From NCBI GenBank assembly GCA_002633005.1, contig NMRA01000390.1:207544-271543 (forward strand): 64,000 nt of DNA, in the 5' to 3' direction. Within the stretch, counting starts at the first letter, position 1, and each line of letters starts with the position of its first letter. The position numbers and the translations under genes were made by a program. Positions 12,301 to 24,300 of this stretch are shown piece after piece. Under the pieces are notes generated by a model that was given only the letters and a program-made list of their open reading frames with translations, ran no database searches and was not told the origin of the DNA. Source of the DNA: Phoronis australis. Its lineage: Eukaryota > Animalia > Phoronida.

Positions 12301-15300
12301 GCACAAATAGGTGTACCTCATCACTGAGTAGCTGGTCTTCACTTGTCTCTTCAGTTTTTAACCTGGCAGCTACTTGTCGTGCAATAAGCTAAAACAATAT
12401 GACAAAATGATGACAATTGACGAGATAGTATTCTATGAGCACTTCTATATTCATGACTTCACTGGCATATCTAACTAACATTGAAAGCAAGAGATACGGA
12501 ATTGACTGAAGCAGTTTCAATTGGTGATAGGAACTTATAAACAGCTCAGGTGAAAAATGGAAACAAAAAAGTACTAAATAATAAAAAGTACACCCGCTGA
12601 CAACACTGGTAAGGTTTACACACTACTTAAGAGAATGGGATCTGCTAACATTAATTACTTGCATATTTTAATGACACATGCAACCCAAGTCACTTCCTAA
12701 TCAATTAATTCTGTAACAAGATAGTACTTAATTGTTTGTTAAAAGTACAGTAGTCTGGATAAGTCAACAGGTGTGTAGTGTGTCAGTTATGAAAAAAGGG
12801 AAAATTATTTTGTAGACTTTACATTTGTTGACAATCGATTGCTTCAAAATTAAAAAGATAAAAAACAGATGCACAGAACAAAAAGTTGAGCTTGACTGAG
12901 TGAGCATGTCATCTGGACTGACTGTGGTATCTACCTCGTCCTGAGTGAGTCTACTCTTGAGAAGTTCCTGTTCTCGCTTCATTAAATATTCCTGATACTG
13001 GGAAGCTAGCTCCTGCCGGAAATAATAGTATTGCGTGTGACTAACCACGTTAATGTCATGTCTGTACTCCACAGAATGGTGCACTGTCAACGTTAGTGTC
13101 ATGTCTGTACTCCACAGAATGGTGCACTGTCACTGACATCTGGATCAGCATACACAAAGTTTATTGTATAGTTTGGTAGCAGCCTTTTATTAACACAAAC
13201 TTTGTTGAAGACAGGACTGTACTTTTCATTCGATAGCTTAATACAAACTCGCTCGCAGTCTCTAAACAATCTCCTACCTTCAGGTGTGCAACTATGTAGC
13301 ACAAGACAAGTCATTCAAATTTTGACTGGCTACTGTAACCTAGCCCGACAGATACATTACTGGACATATGAGGAGGCAGGTGTGTTCTGAATGTGGTACT
13401 AACATTGAAACCCCTAAACACCTGGTAGAGTCTTGGTCAGCTTTTTATAGGCTAAGGAACAACCTACTAAGGCTCAACCAACCCACGTCTGACATCAGGC
13501 CACCTGCACTGCTTTTTTATTTAGCCAAACACCGAGACATAACAGACAAACAAATTAAAACACTAGGTATAATCCGAGCCCACATGCCTCGTCATCAGGC
13601 AATGAATGAAATGAACATATACAAAGCGATATAAAAAGTGAAATAAACAGTGATATAAATGGTGACAGCAGGTAGAGGGGCATACAAGCAGAAAGTGTGA
13701 AAGCAACACACGGTAGGAAGCCCACAACCCTATCAAAACAGAGCCAGCGTGCGGTACACACCTGTGAACTGCTCAGGGTTTTCGTGACTGATCAATAGGG
13801 ATTCCAAACTTAATAACCAATATGAGTCACTTTCAACATAGCAAATAATGGTATTGTCTACTATTTCTTGCCTAGTTATTTTCGGCCACGTTGGTGAAAA
13901 AATTATCTTGAATGGAGCCGCCTTTCATGTGCATGGACAACCTTCCACACCATGTGTCCAATGTAATGCTTTTTACCAGAATGAGCACATACATAGACAT
14001 TCGTCCACATGACATGTGAATAAACAATATGACACTTGGCCACTGGTCGTAATCTTTTCCGACTGGGGTTCTTTTTTATGACAAGGTGATGTGACTTAAT
14101 ATTCGGATAATAAACATTCAGTCTATCACCAGGTTTGACCACCTGAACGTTATCTCGTACGCTCTTCTTAAAGATGCTATGTCTCATTAAATTGTGAATA
14201 TGCAAATGAAGAACTAGTTTACAAACAATCCCAGGTATTCTGGTGTGACGGACACCATCCAAGAACCAGTTAGCATTACAATCTCGCGATAGTCTCGTTT
14301 TGCTTGACTATTTTTAAGTAATTTTTTGGTAATATGGTAATTGTCATCGTTGCCTAATATAAAAAGGCACAGTTTTTGTTATTTGTTCATTTCCCTGTCA
14401 AATAACGATTACGTAATACTTGGAATTACTGGGGTTCTCTATATGTTCACACTTGTTTTTAAGTGTATCAGTTGAGGTGTTTTCTTTAAAACTGCAATTT
14501 GTTTACAAACTGTTTCTTTTTCTGATTATACTTGTACACAGTTCTCTAGGAAGTCACAAGGTGGCGCTTGCTACAAATTTAAATATTCACAGTTTTAATG
14601 AGACAAAGCTTCTTTAAGAACATGTTCGTCACTCGGATAATTATTAGTTCTTATAGTACATGTTCTTGGTGATGCTAGTACTAGGTTCAATGTCAACATG
14701 AGTCAATTCTAGATATGAAGGACCTGACTTTGTTATCAACAAAAGAGCGAGTTTGTATTAAAAGCTGTCAAACAAAAAGTAGTCGTGTCTTCAACAAAGC
14801 TTAGTGTAAGAATAAAACTCATTACAGGTCAAGCAGTCACACTGGACACAGAGTCATGAATTACATTAACTTGCAGTCAGAAAGAATAACCAACACATTA
14901 ATTGTCTCATTGTTACCAGATAAAACAATACTTCTGACATTTGAGCACTTTATAAGACAGTCAACTTAATATAAGCTAATTGCCTTGTAAAAACTGATTG
15001 AAAAAGAAATACATAATTTTGAAAGAAGTTAGTGTGAACTTTTATTGGAGATTTGCAGACTTCATCACTGAAGGGCATAATAGGGTGCATTTTTCGAACT
15101 GAAATTCTTATAGGTCAAACATTTCACAGTTTACAACATGTCCTCAATGCATGCAATTGTTTGAATTGAGATTTTTTATTATTAGAAATAATACCTCATA
15201 ATAAGCAAAGTATTGACCACTTTCTTTTTTCAAGGATCATACAAAAGTTGCTGGATTGTAGAAATTGACTAAGGACTGCAGTCTAAACCATCCTAATGTT

Positions 15301-18300
15301 ATAATATATGTTATTGAATGAGTGAAACACATAAAGATTGTCAACCCCCACCCCCTCCCCATAGCGAAAGCAGCTTATCTAGACTGTCACAATAAGCAGA
15401 AGAGGGATAACGTGTCAGGGATAATTTTAAGGTGCACCCTAAGTCATTGGCATAAAAATAATTTCTTTGAGCTACTGGGAAAAAAAGTAACATGATGGAA
15501 CACAGGTCTTGAAAGTTGTCCCATAGAATTGAGGTTGTGTGGGTCAATTTACCCATACCCGTGTTTTTCTAAAATGATCCCTGAAGTGGAACACACACAC
15601 CTACACACACACGCGTGCACGCTCCTTAATTACAAATGCAACATGGTGAATACAGTAATAATCAGTGAATATCAGAATACAAAGGTAACATTTAAATTCA
15701 CTGCTTTGAACATACCAAAACATCATTTACTCCACTGCTTTAAAAATCAACCTATTGACGAGCTCTTATTTCATGTATTAGAATAAAATCATCAAGATCA
15801 CAAAAATTTCAACAAATTTCAATGATACATTGATGCATTCATTCCAAAACAGTGACAATATTAAGAGCAACCCAAAGCAATCCTTATTACTATCATGAAA
15901 ATGGACACTAGGTGCTGCAGAATACGTTGAGCCTATTCAAATGTGATCAGGCATCGCGGTCTCCCTAACTTGCCTAGTAATTTCATGAAAATATGTCAAG
16001 AATCTCTAACGATACAGAGGCAAACATAAGAAAATAAAATTGCCACAAGGTGGTACAGCTGCGGTAGTTGGCTCTACTCAAAGGAAGCAATCGTCTGTTG
16101 TCACGTTCAGAGTAACACACTTGCCAAATTTCACCAAGATCCTACACGGGTTAGGATATACGGCTGTGTATGCAAAACATTGCCACCAGAGGGTGCTACA
16201 GTACTTGGACCAGTTTGAATATCAACATCAGCCATAGTCTTCACAGCAGTACTTTATCTACTCATGTTTGTAAATATATTTTAAACGGTTTGACAGACAG
16301 AGAGATGAAAAAAACAAACATGTGAGTGTAACATTGACCAACCTTGAGTAACACTGGCAAAGCATGAGTATGGTGATATTGACCAAGCTTGAGTAATATT
16401 GACCAAGCTTGAGCAATATTAACCAAGCTTGAGTAATATTGACCAACGTACTAAGTACTATTGACCAGCTCGTGTAATATTGATCAAGCTTGAATAACAT
16501 TGGTTAATCTTGACAGCGAGGATTATTCATGCTTAGTAAACTTATTTGTATGATAGTTACCTCATCATCTCGTTCTTTCTGTCTCTGCTTCAGCGCCTCC
16601 TCTTGGACAAGCCGTTTGTTTTCTTCTTCAAGTTGTTTGGCTATTTTCTCATCTTTCTCTGCTCTACAAGAAAAAAATGCCTGGTTTAATTTGTATTGAC
16701 TTGTTTGCTACTGAACTCATAATGAATGGACAGTCAAAAGCCACAGGGAATATAGGAAATGGATAAACAACTAAGCTTGTTCGTTTAGTGAGGTCCAAGA
16801 CATACAAAGTAAAATTAACATGGAAAAAGTATAGTTAAAACATTTATAGATAATTCAGCATGATGCAGCTACTCTCGGGCAATTTCATTTGTGACGGACG
16901 TTCAGTCAGAGAACATTTAAATCAATTGTGAAAAAAATTAACCTTTGAAAATAATTAATAAATCAATTGTCAGGTCTCATTGATAGCTGGCAAAGCATGC
17001 ACATCAGCTTTTTTATCTATTTATCCGAATGAGAAAATTGCCTTTACAGGGGTGAGACGGACGAACGCAGAGAATTTGAATTTAAAAAAATTAAATATTA
17101 CTTCTGTGGATTGCAAAGAGTTACAATATTTTGTTTTATATGATGATTTAATGGAATGCTTTTAAAGTACAACACACAATTTTGTGACCATATCTGCTAA
17201 GAAATGTTTGTCAGCCAACTCGATGTAAGTTGAGTACGTTTGACTGACATACGTGATGGACGGACGAATGTGAAGGATGTACACTCTGAATTTCTAGTAT
17301 TAAATTGTTTCTTGTGGCTAAGATATCAATTCAAAATAATTCAAACTTATGTATCTAAGCTAGATTGGTCTTTTGCTACTGATTCAATGTTTTTTAATCA
17401 AAATACACAGATATAACTTTTGCACGAAATCATCACAGGTAGGCCTATGCTAGGAATGTACTCTTAGAGACTAGGATTTCAATTTTTCAACAGATCTGAA
17501 TAAAAAATAAAACAGCCTCATAAAACCTGTGAGTTACTTCCCTTCGTAGATAGTAAACAATATTGACGGGAATGTGAACAGTTTGGATTGGAATGTGAGT
17601 GATAATTACCTTGTATTTGACACCAGCTGGTAATTAGAAAACTGTTTTTATACGTTAATAAAATGATGTTTTTATGCGTTAAGCAGATGTGGCTATCCTA
17701 AAAATGTGAAATGATTAAAACATTAATAACCCTCATTAACAATTTTTATAATGTGATCAGACTGTCTAATTTGAACAAGTTGAATTCTACTTAGAATAAC
17801 TAGATCAGGATGACACAGTAAAGTAGGCCTATAACATTTCAGAAAATACTTGAAAATGTCCGGTGCATCTAGTTTAAATCCATAGCGATTTTATAGCTGC
17901 CTTAGTTAGTAATATTTAATCATTTTAGGATTTTAGGCACAAAACAACTTTTATCTTCCGCAAGCTTGAAAAGTGAGAATAAGACCTACGGAGTTTTTCA
18001 TTTGGTTGCAACATTGCAATTTCATGGGTGTGACAGACGGACGTGACAGATGCACAAATTTTCCATACGTCTGCCACACAATTTCTGACATAATGAAGAA
18101 ACCCTGGTCTAAAACTTTAGTCAACAATTTTGAGTAACAAGTTAAACGAGAACTTGAAATTATTCTAATTTTGATTGAAACTTTGGACATAACTAAACTT
18201 TTTAGTTCTTTTTGTGGTGGATGTACAGCACCATGATAACAAGGAGTTCGCCTTTGACCCCAGAAACATATACGCCATTTTTCAAAACCATCCCTAGACT

Positions 18301-21300
18301 GATTTGGTTGATATGATAGAGGGGTGGACACCAAAAACAAGATTTAAAAACAGCAAAAATGGCCACTAGGTGGCGCAAAATACCTTGATTTCATCCAAAA
18401 ACAGGAAGATAGAGTTATCTCATCAATAGATGTCTAATATTCAAAACTTTATGAAAATCTGTCAATGACCTTTGAAGATACAGACTGGTAAAGGTAAAAA
18501 ACTAAAATTGCCACTAGGGGGCACACCAGTAGTCAGATCTGTCTGAATGTCGTCGTCCTCTGTTGTCAACATCATCATAATACACTTGCTAAATTAAATG
18601 AAGATCCTGCAAACGGTGTAGGAGATAGAGTCATGAGCGCAAGAAAACAAAACTGCCACTAGGAGGTGCCACAGTAGTCAAAGTCGTCGGAAAATCAGCG
18701 TCAGCCATCCACATCATAGGAAAAGCATACATGCTAATTTTCATAATTATCCTCAAAGCGGTTTGGTTGATAGAGGGGTGGACTCAAAAAATTAGACTCG
18801 AAAACAGTAAAAATGGCCACTAAGTGGCGCAAACTATGTCGAATCCATCTGAAAACGAGAGGATAGGGTTATCTCACTAATAGGTGCCTACATACCAAAT
18901 TTTATGAACATCCGTTCCGAACGTTTGAAGATACAGAGGTAAACATAAAAAAACTAAAATTGCCACTAGGGGGAACATCAGTAGTTGGATCCGTCCGAAC
19001 GTTTGCTCATGCTGTCTCATCCACGGAAGAAACACGTGCAAAATTTCACGAACATACCTCAAGGCATTTTGGAGATAGAGCAGCGGATGCCAGACACCGG
19101 ACGGAGATGACGGCATAATGCATCCAAATATAAATATGTGGGCGATAAAAATTGTGTGAAACCAACAAGGCATTGCAGATAATGTAGGCCGTGAAGAGAT
19201 CTATTTATATAAATAATTTGTAAAGATTCAATACAAGGATCATGGAGCTAAAGCTTTGCAAATTTAATTTAAAAAATGGCCGCCACACAGCGCCATCTTG
19301 CAAGTCCTTGTGCTGTTTACTAAATGATTAGGCACTGTAAGAAAATTTCATGTCTACCATATGAGAAATGTGACCCCTAGCACACATATGCTAGGGTAAC
19401 AAAGTGCAGCTATGAATACATGCCAACTAGTCAATAAAAGAGCAGCCATCTATTAAGCATTAAATCTCTAATATTGTGAGAACATAAATTGCTTTGAGAA
19501 ATGGGTTCCGCAATACTGATAGCGCAACAGAAATTTTATCGGCAGTTAAAGCGTACCATGAGCACGAGATCAAAACAGCAAAACACCAAAGTACCCATGA
19601 AATGAATGAATTTAAGTGAGGATTTATTATTTTGCACAACTTACTGTGTTCGTGAACGCAAAGTGCCAGACGCAAGTCAGACTTGGTGCATTCGTTTTCA
19701 ACAAACAACTCCCTCGGGATTAAAACTACATTTTGTCTTCATTTTCCGCAATATCTTTGAAATCAATGCTATGTACACCTGGACTCAATAGCAGCTCCAT
19801 GACTGAAAGGACTGCGGGTACGGAATTGTTCTATGCTTGGCAGATTCTATTTAATGAGTTAGAGCTTTGTAACCTCTGAACTTGGATAAGTAGTAAACCA
19901 ATTTCCACGCGAATGAGGGCTGGGAAATCTTTTTGATACTATAACATGGGCAGCGCACCACAGTGAGGGGCTATAGCCCCACCACCTTTTTCAGTGCTGC
20001 ACCGCACATGGCCTATGGGCGGTGCACCAAAAGGGGGCTAGAGGGCTATAGCCCCCCACTTTTTTCAGTGCTGCGCCGCCTGTGCATAAACAGACAATGT
20101 CAATTTTAAACTTAACTAGAAAATAAAGATAAAAGAGACATCCACAAAGATATCTAATAGTGCAAAAAATTACAAGTAAGGAACCCAATCCATGTTTATG
20201 TTTAACTTCACCAAAATAACAGAAAGTCAACACACGATGCTTCAGCCAATCACTATTTCAGTGATCAAAGCTGCCACCAGAGGACACTCACAGTCTCTTC
20301 ATTTCCTTCAGTCGTTGGAGTTGTTCTTCTTGTGCTCTCACCTCTTCCTCATTCTGGACATACTTGGACACTTGAATGTCTGTGCGCACTGTACGCCGTG
20401 TCTTTCTGTTCCAGCCAAAATGCTCGTTATCTGAAACATTAATTGTTAACATAAATGCACAGGCAAAATTTTGAAGCTGTTCAGAGAAATGGCAACTTCA
20501 TTAAAAACAACTTATACAGCCTTTCATTAAGCACATGGCATAAACTCGCTAAGCTCAATGTGACTTGAGGCATTCAGCTGATTATTTTAACAACTTACTC
20601 AGTAAGAAAGAATAGAATGAAAAAGCACAACTCTTGGCAAGGTACATCTTACACAATACAACTCTTAGCAAGGTATATCTTACATAACTTTTGGATGACC
20701 TTTCCAAAACATGCTTATGTCTCACTTCTGTATTAGTTTTTAAAGTCATCAAAATATCAAGTCAAATATTGTAAATTATTGAAAAACCCCCTTGCATCTT
20801 GCCTTCCAACTACTCGCCACTAACCGTACTGATGATTCCCACAAGTTGTTTATACATACATTCCCACAAGTTGTTTATACATACATTCCCACAAGTTGTT
20901 TATACATACATTACCACAAGTTGTTTATACATACATTACCACAAGTTGTTTATACATACATTACCACAAGTTGTTTATACATACATTACCACAAGTTGTT
21001 TATACATACATTACCACAAGTTGTTTATACATACATTACCACAAGTTGTTTATACATACATTACCACAAGTTGTTTATACATACATTACCACAAGTTGTT
21101 TATACATACATTACCACAAGTTGTTTATACATACATTACCACAAGTTGTTTATACATACATTACCACAAGTTGTTTATACATACATTACCACAAGTTGTT
21201 TATACATACATTACCACAAGTTGTTTATACATACATTACCACAAGTTGTTTATACATACATTACCACAAGTTGTTTATACATACATTCCCACAAGTTGTT

Positions 21301-24300
21301 TATACATACATTACCACAAGTTGTTTATACATACATTACCACAAGTTGTTTATACATACATTACCACAAGTTGTTTATACATACATTNNNNNNNNNNNNN
21401 NNNNNNNNNNNNNNNNNNNNNNNNNNNNNNNNNNNNNNNNNNNNNNNNNNNNNNNNNNNNNNNNNNNNNNNNNNNNNNNNNNNNNNNNNNNNNNNNNNNN
21501 NNNNNNNNNNNNNNNNNNNNNNNNNNNNNNNNNNNNNNNNNNNNNNNNNNNNNNNNNNNNNNNNNNNNNNNNNNNNNNNNNNNNNNNNNNNNNNNNNNNN
21601 NNNNNNNNNNNNNNNNNNNNNNNNNNNNNNNNNNNNNNNNNNNNNNNNNNNNNNNNNNNNNNNNNNNNNNNNNNNNNNNNNNNNNNNNNNNNNNNNNNNN
21701 NNNNNNNNNNNNNNNNNNNNNNNNNNNNNNNNNNNNNNNNNNNNNNNNNNNNNNNNNNNNNNNNNNNNNNNNNNNNNNNNTACTTTGCAAAATGGAAAGG
21801 CATGGTCATTGTCTCCTCAATAGGCTAGGGGCAAAATGTGAGTAATCTTCATAATACAAGCACATCCTATACACCAGTTGCTTAAAGCACCACAGAAACA
21901 TAGAATTAAAAACAAATTTACCAACATACGAGATTAGCACAGCATTAGAATGCCAGAAACAAATTTCTACTTGGAACTTTTCCTTCATAGTCACGAAGTA
22001 ACACAAAGTACACACCTGAAGAAAATACAGAGGTCAATGTAAAATACTAAAATTGCCACTAGAGGCAAATACTAAAATTGCCACTAGAGGAATACCGGTA
22101 GTCAGAATCATCCTAAAGTCGTCATCGTCCATTGTCAACATCACATAAATACACTTGCTAAATTTAGTAAAGATCCTGCAAACGGTTTGGGAGATACAGC
22201 CATGGGCGCAAAAAAAAAACTACCACTAGGAGGCGCCACAGTAGTCCAATCATCTGAAAATCATTGTCAGCTGTCTTCCTTATAGTAAGCACATACAGGC
22301 CAATTTTCACAATCATCCTTTGAGCGGTTTGGTTGATAGAGGGGTGGACGCAAAAATACAGACTCGAAAACAGTAAAAATGGCCACTAGGTGGCGCAAAC
22401 TATGTCGAATCCATCTGAAAACAAGAGGATAGCGTCAATTCACTAATAGGTGCCTACATACCAAATTTCATGAAAATCCGTTAAGGACTTTCGAAGATAC
22501 AAAGGTAAGCGTAAAAAACTAAAATTGCCACCAGGGGGCACACCGGTAGTCGGATCCGTCCAAAAGTCGTCATCTTCGGTTGTTAACATCATATAAATAT
22601 ACTTACACAATTTCGTAAAGATCCTGCGAACGGTTTAGGAGATACAGCCATAGGCGCAAAAAAACAAAACTGCCACTAGGAGGTGCCACAGTAGTCGAAA
22701 TCGTCGTAAAATCATCGTCAACCGTCCTCTACATAGTAAGCACATACATGCCAATTTTCACAATCATCCTTTGAGTGGTTTGGTTGATAGAGGGGTGGAC
22801 GCACAAAAACAGACTCGAAAACACTAAAAATGGCAACTAGGTGGCGCAAACTATGTTGAATCCATCTGAAAATGGGAGGATAGCGTCATCTCACTAACAG
22901 GTGCCTACATACCAAATTTCATGAAAATCCCATAAGGACTTGTGAAGATACAAAGGTAAGCGTAAAAAACTAAAATTGCCACTAGGGGGCACACCGGTAG
23001 TCGGATCCATCTGAAAGTTCGCACATGCCGTCCCATTCATAAATGGAACCTATGTGCCAAATTTCATGAACGTATGTCAAAGGGTTTTGGAGATAGAGCA
23101 GCGGACGCCTAATGCCAGACGCCGGACGGACGGACGGACGGACAGAGATGACGGCATAATGCGTCCACATATAAATATGTGGGCGCATAAAAATTAATGT
23201 CGTCACAATACTAACATTTCTGGTCTCGGTGAAAGTGCATACTTCATATAATTTTCAAATTTTCCTCAACACATCCATATTTGTAATATCTTGACCTACA
23301 AAATGGCTCAGTTTGATAGCAATGCACCACAGTTTTGTAGAAAGCCTGTCATAGGTTACAGATACGTCACAGCACGTAAATTTGATGAATCCGAGCTTCC
23401 GATGTCACCTGTTTCAGAGACAGGATTTCAGTCGTGTACTTGTCAGTTGGAATATATTTGCCAATTTTCATCATAATCCTATGAGCCGTACGGTGGATAT
23501 ATAAGTAAACAGCAAAAACAGACAAAATAATTAAAGTGGCCACTAGATGGCGCAGAATATGCTGCATTCATTGCAAAACAGAAAGGTGCCATTGTTATCA
23601 TCATAGAACCTTTTTTGCCAAAAGCAACGCAGAGCATTGAAATGCACCCAAGAATGCATCGCAAATGGTGTGCTTTGAGGGTTTATTTGTATCATAAAAA
23701 TGGCCACTAGATGGTGCAAAAATGTACAATCCATCCAAAAACGAGAACATGTCATTGCTTCATTAATAGAAAACTATTCACCATATTTCATAAAAATCTG
23801 TCAAGGAACTTCAGAGACATGAAGGAAAACAATAAAATAAAATTGCTACTAGGGTATATAGCATTCGTTGGATGCGCCTAAAAGTCATCTTCATCTGTTG
23901 TTATCTCCATATACTTAAGAGCAACGCGGAGCATTGAAATGCGCCCACGAATGCATTGCAAATGGCGTGCTTTTAGGGTTATTTATTTGTATCATAGAAA
24001 TGGCCACTAGATGACGCAAAAAATACAATCATCCAAAAACAGGAACATGCCATATTTCATAAAAATCTGTCAAGGAACTTCAGAGAAACAAAGGGAAACA
24101 GAATAAAATGAAATTGCCACTAGTGGGCACAGTGTCCGTTGGACCCACCTGAAAGTCGTCATCGTCTGTTGTTATCTTCATATAAATACAATTACTAAAT
24201 TTAAAGGAGAATGCCACCCAAAAAACAACTTATTTTGTATCAAATTAGATCGAGTAGTTCTACTCGATAACTGCACGTTCGGTTGCGTTACCTGACACCT

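Noticed and set aside
16870-18100. Probable DNA-transposon relic with recurring gtgacggacg motifs
   Set aside because: Boundaries, TSD and family could not be established
20836-21387. 25-bp repeats as a CRISPR array, or ORFs 20792-21845 as genes
   Set aside because: Head-to-tail units with no spacers, no cas genes and a eukaryotic intron context; the ORFs come from a stop-free repeat plus Ns
22050-23000. Short conserved motif with ~130-bp intervals as a CRISPR-like array
   Set aside because: The intervening sequences are themselves repeated with a ~450-bp period, so they are satellite monomers, not unique spacers
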